In this document: positions 10,314 to 23,010 of the stretch, piece after piece
How positions within the stretch are numbered: position 1 is the stretch's first letter
Layout of the letters: each line of letters opens with the position of its first letter
Origin: Alphaproteobacteria bacterium
GTDB lineage: Bacteria > Pseudomonadota > Alphaproteobacteria > SP197
DNA: 64,000 bases
Assembly (NCBI GenBank): GCA_964291415.2
Contig: OZ219917.1
Span: 320,001-384,000, forward strand
Direction of reading: 5' to 3'
Translations under genes and position numbers: made by a program
Notes under the pieces: generated by a model
Told to the model about the DNA's origin: nothing
The model's input: the letters and a program-made list of their open reading frames with translations, nothing else
Database searches by the model: none

Positions 10314-10859
10314 ATGATACAACGACTTGTTTCCGCTCTCACGGTCGTCGCCGGCCTCGGCGCGGCCGGAGCGGCGGCGGATGACAATCCGCAGGTGTTC
10401 TTCGATATCGAGATCAACGACGAGCCGGCCGGGCGCATCGTCATCGAGTTGAGAATGGACGTCGCCCCGAAGACCGCGGAGAACTTCCGCCAGCTTGCCA
10501 CCGGCGAGGCGGGTTTCGGATACGAGGGTTCACGGTTTCACCGGGTGATCGCCGACTTCATGATCCAGGGGGGCGATTTCACCCGGGGCAACGGAACCGG
10601 AGGCAAGTCGATCTACGGCGCCATGTTCGAGGACGAGAACTTCACCCTGAAGCATACCGGACCGGGCCTTCTTTCCATGGCCAACCGGGGTCCCGACACC
10701 AACTCGTCGCAGTTCTTCATCACCACCGTTCCCACACCGTGGCTTGACGGCAAGCATGTCGTCTTCGGCCATGTCGTCGAGGGCATGGACGTCGTCAGGA
10801 CAATCGAGGTTTCCGCCAACAACGCAGCGCGGATTTCCACCTCGGGAGAACTTGATTGA
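10314..10859 (+). CDS. Cyclophilin-type peptidyl-prolyl isomerase with signal peptide
   Basis: [49 protein letters not shown]; hydrophobic Ala-rich N-terminus. Confidence 0.95.
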   Translation: MIQRLVSALTVVAGLGAAGAAADDNPQVFFDIEINDEPAGRIVIELRMDVAPKTAENFRQLATGEAGFGYEGSRFHRVIADFMIQGGDFTRGNGTGGKSIYGAMFEDENFTLKHTGPGLLSMANRGPDTNSSQFFITTVPTPWLDGKHVVFGHVVEGMDVVRTIEVSANNAARISTSGELD

Positions 10860-11431
10860 TCGGCCGCATCGCCGCCCTTCTGGTCCTCGTCACGCTGAGC
10901 GCGACGGCGGACGACAACACGATACTCCTGGACCGGATCGAGGCCTATCTCGATTCGATCACGTCGCTCGATTCACGGTTCGTCCAGACCAGCCAGGACA
11001 TGACGCATCTCTCCGGGTCGTTCCAGCTCAAGCGACCGCACTTTCTGCGATTCGCCTATGACGATCCGCCGACCCTGATCATCGCCAGGGGCGAGCGTCT
11101 CGTGTTTCGCGACGGCGAGACCGGAGAGATCACGGTAGGTTCGGTGGAGGGCACGCCGGCACAGTTTCTGCTGCGTCCGCAGATCCGGTTCGGCGACGAC
11201 GTGCGGGTCGCCGACGTGAGGCGGGACGGTGGTTTCGTGGCCGTCACCCTGGAGTCGGCGGAGGAACCGGGGACAGGGTCGATCTCGCTCATTCTCGCCG
11301 AGGACCCCCTTGCCCTCGAACAGTGGCTGGTCCGCGATGCCCAGGGCGTGGTCACGCGAATCACCCTCGTCAGTCCCCGATTCGGCGTCGAGCTCGACAA
11401 CAGCCTGTTCGAGATCGACAGCGGTCCCTGA
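10856..11431 (+). CDS. lolA: Outer-membrane lipoprotein carrier LolA family protein
   Basis: Signal peptide, FVQT...[34 protein letters not shown]...TRITL. Confidence 0.85.
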   Translation: MIGRIAALLVLVTLSATADDNTILLDRIEAYLDSITSLDSRFVQTSQDMTHLSGSFQLKRPHFLRFAYDDPPTLIIARGERLVFRDGETGEITVGSVEGTPAQFLLRPQIRFGDDVRVADVRRDGGFVAVTLESAEEPGTGSISLILAEDPLALEQWLVRDAQGVVTRITLVSPRFGVELDNSLFEIDSGP

Positions 11432-11434
11432 CGT

Positions 11435-12154
11435 TCAGGCCGCCAGGCGGCGACTCGCCTCGACAAGATCGAGCCAGCGGCTGGAGACGGCATCGCAGAA
11501 CGCCAGCGCCCCTGCCTCGTGCCTGGCGAACTCTTCCGGCCATCCGGCGTGAAAGTCGGGGTCGGTCTCGAAGAGCGAATCGCTCATCTGCGGCCACCAT
11601 TCCTGCCACAACGCCGACGAACACTCGAAGTGGCACTGGAAGCCATAGCTTCCGCCAAGACGGAAGGCCTGGTTGCGGCACCGCCCGCCCGTCATGAGCA
11701 GCGTGGCCCCATCGGGTATGTCGAAGGTGTCCTCGTGGTGCTCGAGGATCCTGACGGGACCGATTCCCGTCAGCAGCGGATCGTTGCCGGCCGCTTCGGT
11801 GGGTTCGAGTTCCGTGAACCCGACTTCTGTCCACCCCTGCCTCCTCACCCTTGCACCGAGTGCCCGGGCAAGGATCTGGCCACCAAGGCAGACTCCGAGG
11901 ACCGGTCGCGAGGCTTCGTGAAACGCCGCCGCCAGGCGCGCCGCGTCACCGAGATAGGGATAGCGGGCGTCGTCCTCGGCATTCTGTGGACCACCAAGCA
12001 TGACCAGGCCGTCCCAGTGTCCCGGTTCCCGAGGCAGCGGCTCGCCTTCTTCCGGACGCACGTAGACCGTCCTGGCGCCACACCTCGCGAAAGTGTCGGC
12101 TATGGTGCCGAGGTGGCTGGACGGCCAGAACTCGATGGCAAGAATGGTCACCAT
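11435..12154 (-). CDS. Type 1 glutamine amidotransferase (GMP-synthase-like, stand-alone)
   Basis: LVMLGGP, VLGVCLGGQILA (nucleophile Cys), GFQCHFE (His-Glu). Start at ATG 12154. Confidence 0.88.
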   Translation of the reverse strand: MVTILAIEFWPSSHLGTIADTFARCGARTVYVRPEEGEPLPREPGHWDGLVMLGGPQNAEDDARYPYLGDAARLAAAFHEASRPVLGVCLGGQILARALGARVRRQGWTEVGFTELEPTEAAGNDPLLTGIGPVRILEHHEDTFDIPDGATLLMTGGRCRNQAFRLGGSYGFQCHFECSSALWQEWWPQMSDSLFETDPDFHAGWPEEFARHEAGALAFCDAVSSRWLDLVEASRRLAA

Positions 12155-12242
12155 GGCAGGTACCTCCACCCAAGGAAGCTTGCAGGGAATCCCGATCGGT
12201 TCAAGACACCTGCAGCCATGCGTTTTTTGCGCATCTCGGTTT

Positions 12243-12275
12243 CGTGATACGCAATTGTATTTTTGTCGTATCACG
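12243..12275. promoter_or_regulatory. Inverted repeat in a divergent intergenic region (candidate operator)
   Basis: CGTGATACG-N15 (AT-rich)-CGTATCACG between the divergent GATase and purC starts. Confidence 0.4.
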
Positions 12276-12433
12276 TTCCATGTAGCGTTGTGCCGGAGGC
12301 ACCGTTTCCTCCCTCAGATTCGGCTTTGGATCCTCCTCGGCGCGCTCCTGGCGCGTTTGTCCTTGCCGCGATGCCTCCGGCCCCTCATCTCCTCAGGTTG
12401 ACAGGACCCCGCCGGCAAGGGGAACAATCGTTC

Positions 12434-13309
12434 ATGTTGACCCTCGACGACCTTGAGCTGGTTGCACGGGGCAAGGTGCGCGACCTCTACCGGCTCGACT
12501 CCTGCCTGCTGATGGTGGCAAGCGACCGCATCTCCGCCTTCGACGTGGTGATGCCGACGGCCATTCCGGACAAGGGACGGATCCTCACCCGTCTCTCCCG
12601 CTTCTGGTTCGACCATCTGCGGCCCGTCGTCGCCAATCACGTGATCTCCACCGACCTTGCCGGCCTTGACCTGGCGGACAGTGACCGCGCCTGGCTCGAA
12701 GGACGCAGCATGATCGTGCGCGAGGCCCGGGTCTTGCCCGTGGAATGCGTTGTGCGCGGCTATCTCGCCGGCAGCGGCTGGAAGGACTACCAGGCGAACG
12801 GCGCCATTGCCGGGCTGCAGCTGCCCCCGGGCCTGCAGCAGGGCGACAGGCTTCCCGAACCTGTCTTCACGCCCTCGACCAAGGCGCCCCGGGGGATGCA
12901 CGACGAAACCATCACCTTTGCCGGGGTCGTCGACAGGCTGGGACGCGAACGCGCCGGCCGCCTGCGTTCTCTCGCCCTCGAGCTCTACGAGGAAGCGCAT
13001 GCCGAGGCCGGCAGACGCGGCATCATTGTCGCCGACACCAAGTTCGAATTCGGAATCATCGACGGCGACATCGTCCTTGTCGACGAGTGCCTGACCAGCG
13101 ACAGTTCCCGCTTCTGGCCGGCCGACACCTGGCAGCCAGGCAGCCCGCCAGTCTCCCTCGACAAGCAGATCCTGCGTGCGTGGCTTGACACCCGGGCCTC
13201 CTGGACACGCACGCCACCGGCTCCCGATATCCCGCACGCGATCGTCGAACAGATCCGCCGGGGCTATATCGAGGCCTGCGAACGGTTGACCGGCCAGCCT
13301 TTCTCCTGA
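12434..13309 (+). CDS. purC: Phosphoribosylaminoimidazole-succinocarboxamide synthase
   Basis: RGKVRDLY, SDRISAFDVVM, VECVVRGYLAGSG, FTPSTKA, IVADTKFEFG, DECLTSDSSRFW, DKQ. Confidence 0.95.
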   Translation: MLTLDDLELVARGKVRDLYRLDSCLLMVASDRISAFDVVMPTAIPDKGRILTRLSRFWFDHLRPVVANHVISTDLAGLDLADSDRAWLEGRSMIVREARVLPVECVVRGYLAGSGWKDYQANGAIAGLQLPPGLQQGDRLPEPVFTPSTKAPRGMHDETITFAGVVDRLGRERAGRLRSLALELYEEAHAEAGRRGIIVADTKFEFGIIDGDIVLVDECLTSDSSRFWPADTWQPGSPPVSLDKQILRAWLDTRASWTRTPPAPDIPHAIVEQIRRGYIEACERLTGQPFS

Positions 13310-13357
13310 CCCCGCCACATTGCCTTGGCGGCGAAGGCACGGCATGTTGGTCGCGTG

Positions 13358-16045
<2,688 letters not shown>

Positions 16046-16107
16046 CCGGCCCGGCGAAGATGCCGAACCTGCAAGGGAAGAGGTCGAGAAGACATCCCTT
16101 GCCGGCC

Positions 16108-17470
16108 ATGCGCAGCCTCGTCGTCGCGTGCGCCATCGTCCTGGCCGTGGCGGCGACAGCCGTTCAAGCCCGGGCGGAGATCACCGACCGCGCCGTGGTC
16201 CGGGCGTTCCTGACCCTCATCGCCGGGGAGGAGGGCGACAAGGCGCGCGCCGCGGCCCTGATCGATGCCCAGTGGGAGCCGTCATTCCTGCCGATGGCTC
16301 TCGAAGTGTTCCGCCTGGCCCGCAGCGCGGAAGTCTCCGCCGCTCTTGTGAGAACCATGGAACGCAAGACCGGCGCCGGGCACGGCCACGACCTGGACGC
16401 CTGGCAGCGCGACATGTGGAATGCGCCGGAAGCGCGGCACCCGCGTTATGCCGCCTTCAAGAGCGCGCTCTACAGCCTCATCGACCCGCGATTCTCGGCG
16501 TACTTCGACACGGCCGGCGAAGCGCTCATCCGGCTCGACGAGATCGTCTGGGGCGGCGTTAGGCAGGATGGCATCCCGCCGCTTCGCGACCCGGCGATGC
16601 TGGCCGCGGAAGACAGCCGCTATCTGGAAGACGACCACATCGTGTTCGGTCTCTCGGTCAACGGCGACGCCCGCGCCTATCCGAAGCGCATTCTCGCCTG
16701 GCACGAGATGTTCGTCGACACGGTCGGCGGTGTGCCGGTCGCCGGCGTCTACTGCACCCTGTGCGGTACCGTGATCCTCTTTCACACCGAGCACGAGGGC
16801 GTGAATCACAGGCTCGGAACGAGCGGCTTCCTCTACCGTTCGAACAAGCTCATGTACGACCAGGCCACCCAGTCACTGTGGAGCACGATGCGGGGGAGCG
16901 CCGGTCGTCGGGCCGCTTGCCGGAAAGGGCATCGTGCTGGAGAGGGGGGCCGTGGTGACGACCACCTGGGGCGAGTGGCGCCGGCGGCACCCCGAGACCC
17001 GGGTGCTCTCGCTCGATACCGGTTACCGGCGCGACTATGCCGAAGGGGCGGCCTACCGCGACTACTTCGCGACCGACGATCTCATGTTTGCGGTCCCGGC
17101 CCTGGATGCCCGGCTGAAGAACAAGGACGAGGTCTTCACGGTGCTGCTTGGCCGCCATCCCGACGCACCGCTTGCCATATCGGCCGAGTTCCTCAGCCAA
17201 ACACCCGTCCATCACGATGCCATCGAGGGCACGTCACTCGTGGTGCTCACCGACACGTCGGGGGCGAACCGGGCTTTCGCGAGCGAGGACGTGACCTTCG
17301 CCCGCTACGACGGCGACCGGAGCGTCGAGGACAGCTCCGGCATGATCTGGACGATGGACGAGCACACCCTGACCGCCGAAGACGGACGCATGCTCCACCG
17401 AATCCCGGCGCAGCGGGCGTTCTGGTTCGGCTGGCACGCCGCGTTCCCGAACACCCGACTGGTTCACTAG
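16108..17470 (+). CDS. DUF3179 domain secreted protein, frameshifted near 16895
   Basis: Signal peptide, WGGVRQDGIPPL, AYPKRILAWHE, YCTLCGT, GTSGFLYRSNKLMYD. Continues in another frame (TTWGEWRRRHPET...AFWFGWHAAFPNT) after a G-run at about 16892-16896. Confidence 0.85.
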
Positions 17471-17490
17471 CACGACAGCCGAGTCAATGT

Positions 17491-17616
17491 CGCACGCGCG
17501 CAACGACCAACATGGTCAACATTGTCATGCGCCTGCTCGGCGTCATGCCTGTCGAGCAGAAGGACGATTGGGGTGTCGCAACGAGACGACACTCGTCTGG
17601 AGAATCGATATCGGCA
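17491..17616 (+). mobile_element. IS256-family transposase C-terminal remnant
   Basis: Translates to RTRATTNM...RLLGVMPVEQKDDWGVATRRHSSGESI, resembling the IS256 C-terminal pattern RLVGAxLxEQxDEWxVxxxRYxxxES. Confidence 0.55.
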
Positions 17617-17648
17617 ACGAGGCCACCGGCCTGTCGGGCACGCGGGGA

Positions 17649-18842
17649 TCAGTACTTCCCGATGGCATCAAAGTCGAGTTCGACGAGTGGCTCATGGCTG
17701 TCGTCGGACGTCCTGACAATCCTGATGAAGTTCATGTCCGCCAACCGCATCAGTTCCCTCTGGAACGTCCGTCTTGTCACTCCCTTGTAAGCCTCCCTGA
17801 TGTAGGGTGATGCGAGCAGCTCCGACAGGCCAACCATGCGAGACGGGTATTCGGAGAATGGATCGACGGGTTCCGTTTCGGCAATGAGGTAGTCGAGAAG
17901 GTTGTATTCTCTATGATTGAGAACCCTTCTTCGCTGACCGACCCTGGTGTTGAAGGCACGAACGAGCATGGCGCGATAGACGACCCGGTTCAGTCTGCTC
18001 TTGACGAAGTTGTTGATGCCTTCGAGTTCTTCCAGGAAACCTCGCACCCCGAACGTGATGAATCCGGTCACATCGAACGGCCGGGTACGCCGGCATTCCT
18101 GCAACGTCGTCTTGTACTCGGCCTCATGCTTGTAGAAATAGTTCGAAAGCCCGTAGAAGCCGAGAATGTTGTAACCGCCCTGGAACAGTATGCCGGCCTC
18201 AACCAGGCGCGACACGCGGCCGTTTCCGTCACCAAAGGGATGGATGGTGACAAGAAAATAGTGGGCCAGGAGCGCGCGAATGACGGGGTGGAGACCATTC
18301 GTCTCCCGTGAATTCATGAAAGCGATGTACTCGTCAATCAGGCGGTGTATGCGCTCATGCGGTGCTCCTCGATGCACCCCCCCGAGATCAGGTGAGCCGA
18401 CAACGACGGGAAAGTCCCTGAATCTCCCGGGTACATTGTGAACTTCATCGGAGCTTGTGGTCATCATCGCGTGCATCGACAGAATATCGCCCGCACTGAG
18501 AGGAGAGCTGCCTGGGGTGAACCTCTTCTGCACCCATTGTTGGGCGAGGCCTGCATTCCGGACCTGTTGCTGGTCCCTGGTGGCTGACGGCTGCCCCGTA
18601 CCGGAAGACTGTTCGATGATGGCGATCTGCCGGGATACCTCGGCCTCCGTCAACTGGTTCCCTTCAAGGGCCGTCGTACCATGAACAGCCCGCACGCGGT
18701 TCAGCTGATCCAGCTGCTCCCGCCAGTCGGGCGGCAAAACGAGATTCTGGGCAGACAGCTTGTAGGCTTCGATGGATACGAGGTCCTGAAACAACCCGGC
18801 CCTATCCAGTCTGTACGTGAACGTGAAAGTGTCCCAATCCAT
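17649..18842 (-). CDS. Fic family protein with C-terminal winged helix
   Basis: Canonical HPFGDGNGRVSR motif; N-terminal TTALEGN, matching the inhibitory (S/T)xxxE(G/N) motif; C-terminal VTRRTFQRELMRL. Visibly lower GC than the flanks. Confidence 0.92.
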   Translation of the reverse strand: MDWDTFTFTYRLDRAGLFQDLVSIEAYKLSAQNLVLPPDWREQLDQLNRVRAVHGTTALEGNQLTEAEVSRQIAIIEQSSGTGQPSATRDQQQVRNAGLAQQWVQKRFTPGSSPLSAGDILSMHAMMTTSSDEVHNVPGRFRDFPVVVGSPDLGGVHRGAPHERIHRLIDEYIAFMNSRETNGLHPVIRALLAHYFLVTIHPFGDGNGRVSRLVEAGILFQGGYNILGFYGLSNYFYKHEAEYKTTLQECRRTRPFDVTGFITFGVRGFLEELEGINNFVKSRLNRVVYRAMLVRAFNTRVGQRRRVLNHREYNLLDYLIAETEPVDPFSEYPSRMVGLSELLASPYIREAYKGVTRRTFQRELMRLADMNFIRIVRTSDDSHEPLVELDFDAIGKY

Positions 18843-18843
18843 G

Positions 18844-18960
18844 TTGACATCCTGTTTGACGTCTTATTTGACCTCTTCGTTATCCGAATATCGAGTTTAT
18901 ATCAAGCGGATACCATAACTGCCTGCTGTAATTGACACTCTATTTGACTCGTTGTTTGGC
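18844..18960. promoter_or_regulatory. Two triads of TTGAC direct repeats at 12-bp spacing upstream of the Fic gene
   Basis: TTGAC at 18844, 18856 and 18868; TTGAC at 18932 and 18944; TTGGC at 18956. Confidence 0.55.
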
Positions 18961-19063
18961 ATACCGCCTGGGCATTGTCACTGCCGGCTCCGACGTGGGC
19001 GATGCCGCCCGGCACCAGCATCAGGGACGAGACGGACGCGTGCGGGATATCCTGCCGGTCCGG

Positions 19064-19510
19064 TCAGACAGGCCAGTCTATGACATGGTCGGGGAGATCC
19101 TCGTCGGCGACATCGGCCTCCGAGACGACGCGGTTCGACAGCGACACCCCGGCGCGATGCACGCTGTCGGGATCACCCGACACCAGGGGGTGCCAATCGG
19201 GAAGATCGCGGCCCTCGTGGAGCAGGCGGTAGGCACAGGTGCCGGGCAGCCACGCCAGCAGGGAGGAGATGGTCTCCGGCGTGATGCGGATGCATTCCGG
19301 CACCCTTTGGATGCGCCTCGCATAGTCCCGGCAGCGGCAGGTGACGGTGTCGAGCAGGAAGCATGCGACATCGGTGTTGGAGATGGTGCCGTCATCAACG
19401 TCCTCGAGCTTCACGAGGCAGCACTTGCCGCAGCCGTCGCAGAGCGATTCCCATTCCTGGGTGTCCATCTCCTCCAGGGACTTGGTGCGCCAGAAAGGTT
19501 CTTCGGCCAT
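19064..19510 (-). CDS. YcgN/UPF0260 family cysteine cluster protein
   Basis: FWRTKSLEEM, EWESLCDGCGKCCLVKLED, WLPGTCAYR, WHPLVSGDP. Confidence 0.93.
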   Translation of the reverse strand: MAEEPFWRTKSLEEMDTQEWESLCDGCGKCCLVKLEDVDDGTISNTDVACFLLDTVTCRCRDYARRIQRVPECIRITPETISSLLAWLPGTCAYRLLHEGRDLPDWHPLVSGDPDSVHRAGVSLSNRVVSEADVADEDLPDHVIDWPV

Positions 19511-20838
19511 CAGTAGACACCCCCGTAGCGCCGGCAGACCTCCTCCGGCGTCAATCCTGATACCGCCTCCAGTTCCCCGCGCTTGTGCATGATGTAGGCT
19601 TCGAGAAGCTCGCCCGGCAGGAGTGTCCCGGCATCAGGCGCGCGCTCGAGGCGGTCGAGAGCCTCGCCAAGCGAGACCGGCAGGCGTTCGACACCATGCC
19701 TGCGGCGTTCACTGTCGCTCATCGCATCGGGATCCGATGACACCGGTTGCGGCGTCGCCAGGCCCTCGCGGATTCCTTCGAGGCCGGCCCGCACGAGGAT
19801 GCCGAGCTGGAGCCAGGGACTGGCGGCCGCGTCACCGGCGCGGAATTCGACATTGAAGGCCGAGGCGACATCGGCGCCGGGGGTTTCCGGGCCCGGGCAG
19901 ATGCGGATCGCCGCCTCGCGGTCACGCCATCCCAGATTGTTGTAGGCCGAACTCCAGGAATGCGGCTTGAGGCGCTGGTAGGAAGCCGCCGACGGCGCCG
20001 TGACGGCAACCATCGCCGGCAGGCGCTTCAGGATTCCGGCGACAAAGCTCCCCATGACGCCCGACAGGCCCGAAGGTTGCGTCGGATCGTGGCTCATCGG
20101 CCGGCCTTCGCGGTCCTGGAAGCTCATGTGGATGTGGACGCCGTTGCCGGGGCCGGCGGGATCGACCTGCGGCGAGAAGCTGACATCCCGGCCGAGGCGC
20201 CTGGCGGCGGCGCGCACCATTTCCCGGGCGATGATGGCGCGGTCCGCCGCTGCCATGGCCGGCGCCGGCTTGACGGTGAACTCGAACTGGCTCCTGCCGA
20301 ACTCCGGCAGGAAGGTCTCAGGCTCGGCGCCTGCGGACTGGAGCGCGTGGAGTACGGCGCCCGGAAAATCGCCGGCGCGCCTCACCTTGTCGAGGCTGTA
20401 GGAATCGCCTTCGCGGTCCTCCAGGCCGCCATCGTGGAACTCGTGCTCGAAGGCGGCGATCAGCCGCAATCCGGTCTCGCTTTCCAGCTCGTTGAGCGCG
20501 CAGCGGAGATAGTGGCGCAGGCAGCAATCCCAGGGCGCGCCGTCCATGCCGAAAAGGTCGCCCAGCATGAAGCGCTCCGCCACGCTGCCATCGCCGAAGT
20601 CGACCTCGACGGCGGAGGTCGCATCGGGCATCAGGACAAGATCGCCCAGCGGCCCCCAGGGTGTCGCCGGAATCTGGCCCCAGCAGTTGATCATGTGATT
20701 GGTGAACGTGTAGCCCACCCCCGCGACAAGCCGTTCGTCGAGCTCGCTCGCAGGAAATCCCTTGCCCCTCACCTGGCCGGCAAGGTCGCTGGTGACCACC
20801 ATGATCAACGGCACACGGTGCACGACATCCTCTCCCAT
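19510..20838 (-). CDS. Glutamine synthetase family protein (gamma-glutamyl ligase-like)
   Basis: DLAGQVRGKG, AFEHEF, EFGRSQFE, GNGVHIHMS, REAAIRICP, NVEFRAGDAAASP. Its ATG overlaps the upstream stop (TGATG). Confidence 0.9.
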   Translation of the reverse strand: MGEDVVHRVPLIMVVTSDLAGQVRGKGFPASELDERLVAGVGYTFTNHMINCWGQIPATPWGPLGDLVLMPDATSAVEVDFGDGSVAERFMLGDLFGMDGAPWDCCLRHYLRCALNELESETGLRLIAAFEHEFHDGGLEDREGDSYSLDKVRRAGDFPGAVLHALQSAGAEPETFLPEFGRSQFEFTVKPAPAMAAADRAIIAREMVRAAARRLGRDVSFSPQVDPAGPGNGVHIHMSFQDREGRPMSHDPTQPSGLSGVMGSFVAGILKRLPAMVAVTAPSAASYQRLKPHSWSSAYNNLGWRDREAAIRICPGPETPGADVASAFNVEFRAGDAAASPWLQLGILVRAGLEGIREGLATPQPVSSDPDAMSDSERRRHGVERLPVSLGEALDRLERAPDAGTLLPGELLEAYIMHKRGELEAVSGLTPEEVCRRYGGVY

Positions 20839-21692
20839 CACGACGACGCCGGCGCGCCATCCGGCGCGGGCCTTCGGCATTCCTCGAGATAGGCGCGCAG
20901 GGTTCGCGGCGACTGCCCGGTCAGGATCTCGATCCAGCCCGAGATCAGGGTCGCAGGCCGGGCGCGGTATGATTGCCAGTGCACGATCATCGACCGCGCG
21001 AAGCCCTCGTCCATGCCGCTTTCGAGAAGCCCGCGCAGTGCCTCGGCATCGCTCACCGGACGGCAGGCAACGGGCGTTGCGAAGACCTCCGCAATGAGCG
21101 CTGCCAGGGCGGGTTGCGTGAAGGCCTCCGGCCCCGTCAGATCGTAGATTCGGCCATCATGGCCGGTCCCGTCGAGAACCGCGGCGGCCACGTCGGCGAT
21201 GTCGCGCGTGTCGACAAACGGCGTCGTGGCTGCGCCCTGGGGCGAGCGCAGCACCCCCCGCTCAACGACGGCGAGGGGATCGAGCGACTGGTTGAACGCG
21301 GTCGGACGCAGAATTGTCCACGCCAGGCCCGAAGCGCGCAGGTGGCGTTCGGCGACGCCGTTCCAGCGTCGAAAGTCCGACGGGTTGGCGTCGTGCGCAT
21401 CGTAGGCCGAGAGCTTGACGACGTGGCGGACACCGTTGCGTACCGCCGAATCGATCGCCCGCATCTCGAGTTCGGCCTGATCCGGGGTTGGCGCGCAGGC
21501 AAGGTACATGCGCTCGACGCCGGCCATCGCGGCGGCAAGACTGGCCGAATCGCGGAAATCGCCGCGCACGCATTCGACGCCGCCCTCGAGCGCCGCGCCA
21601 CGCACCAGGGCACGAAAGGAAAGACCGCGTGACCGCAGCGCCGGCACGAGCTCGCGACCGACCTGTCCCGTTGCCGCCGTGACAAGGATCAT
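20838..21692 (-). CDS. NmrA-family NAD(P)-binding protein (atypical SDR)
   Basis: MILVTAATGQVG, HVVKLS, WTILRPTAF, FVDTRDIADVAA, YDLTGPEA. Confidence 0.88.
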   Translation of the reverse strand: MILVTAATGQVGRELVPALRSRGLSFRALVRGAALEGGVECVRGDFRDSASLAAAMAGVERMYLACAPTPDQAELEMRAIDSAVRNGVRHVVKLSAYDAHDANPSDFRRWNGVAERHLRASGLAWTILRPTAFNQSLDPLAVVERGVLRSPQGAATTPFVDTRDIADVAAAVLDGTGHDGRIYDLTGPEAFTQPALAALIAEVFATPVACRPVSDAEALRGLLESGMDEGFARSMIVHWQSYRARPATLISGWIEILTGQSPRTLRAYLEECRRPAPDGAPASS

Positions 21693-21699
21693 CGCACCC

Positions 21700-22797
21700 T
21701 CAGGCGAAACCGTAGATGCGCCTCGCGTTGTCAAAGACGATGCGGCGCCTGTCTTCCATGGAAATGCCGGCAAAGGTCCGCTCGATCACTTCCTGGCTGT
21801 GCGGGAAGGTTCCTTCGTCGTGCGGATAGTCGCTGCCCCACAGGAGAACCTCCGATCCGGTGAAGTCCAGCAGTCTCAGGGCAACAGGATCGTCGCTGAA
21901 GGTTACCGCTCCCTGTCGCCGGAAGAACTCGCTCGGTCTCATCTCCAGGTGGGGACGGATCCACATGTGCTTCTTCTCCACCTGTTCGTCGAGCACTTGG
22001 AGCAGCCAGGCGAGCCACCCGGCGCCGCACTCGACAACGACGAACTTGAGATCGGGATAGCGCTGCAGCGCACCCGACGCGATCAGCAGCGCCACCGGGC
22101 TCTGCCCCCTGGCCATGCTCATGGCCATGTGGGCAAGGGCGCCGCCATGGCCTTCCTCCTCACCCCAGTCGTCGGGATACTGATCCTCGCTCTCGGTGAA
22201 GGCATGGAGCGAGATGACGAGATCGTGATCGGCGCAGGCCGACCACAGCCGATCATAGTCGGGCAGGTTGTAGGGCCTGTCGTCCACGGTCAGGGGAATC
22301 TTGATGCTGCGGTACCCTTCCCGCGCCACCCTCGCGACCTCGCGAACGGCTTCGTCGAGATCGATGACCGGAACGATGGCAACGGGAACAAACTTCTCGC
22401 GGTGTCCGCCAAAGTGCTCGATGCACCAGTCGTTGTAGGCGCGGGCCACGGCAAACTGGTAGCCCGGATCGCGTGAGTTGTAGAGAAAGAGCGAGGTGTT
22501 GGGATAGAGAACCTCGGCGCTGATGCCGTCACGGACCTGGTCCGCCAGGCGACGCTCGATGTCCCGGCCGCCGCTGGGATCATTGCGGAACTCGCGATTC
22601 TGGTCGTCCTCGTCCGTACGCTCCGAGGCAAGGTCGATACGCCGCGGCTTCTTGCCGTCCACCACGAAATAGGTGGCGCCGTCGCGCTCCTCGAACCTCG
22701 GGACGCGGTCCCGGTACTTCCTGTCCAGCCTCTCCCCGTAGAGTTCCGGAGGTTCCTGCACGTGGCTGTCAGCCGAGATCACGCGCTGATCGCTCAT
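21700..22797 (-). CDS. Amidohydrolase_2 family protein
   Basis: ISADSHVQEP, RAYNDW, ISLH, VECGAGW, LWGSDYPHDEGTFP. Confidence 0.9.
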   Translation of the reverse strand: MSDQRVISADSHVQEPPELYGERLDRKYRDRVPRFEERDGATYFVVDGKKPRRIDLASERTDEDDQNREFRNDPSGGRDIERRLADQVRDGISAEVLYPNTSLFLYNSRDPGYQFAVARAYNDWCIEHFGGHREKFVPVAIVPVIDLDEAVREVARVAREGYRSIKIPLTVDDRPYNLPDYDRLWSACADHDLVISLHAFTESEDQYPDDWGEEEGHGGALAHMAMSMARGQSPVALLIASGALQRYPDLKFVVVECGAGWLAWLLQVLDEQVEKKHMWIRPHLEMRPSEFFRRQGAVTFSDDPVALRLLDFTGSEVLLWGSDYPHDEGTFPHSQEVIERTFAGISMEDRRRIVFDNARRIYGFA

Positions 22798-23010
22798 CGT
22801 TCACTCCCGTCCCCTCGAGTCCTGGCAAGAGTGCACCCGACAACGGACACGACTCAAGCCCCGCGATCCCTCCACCGCCGGCGCGCCGCAAGGCGCATCC
22901 TCGACCGGCTACTGCTCCACGATCACAATGGCCACGCCGCCGAGTCCGTCCCGGCCGCACGGCACCCGGGTCCGGCGTCAGACCGGCACATGAACTTGCC
23001 ATGACGACAG

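Noticed and set aside
16060-17790. 576-aa ORF read as a single DUF3179 fusion protein
   Set aside because: After about 16895 it is out of frame and only runs by chance through the IS remnant and into the Fic gene.
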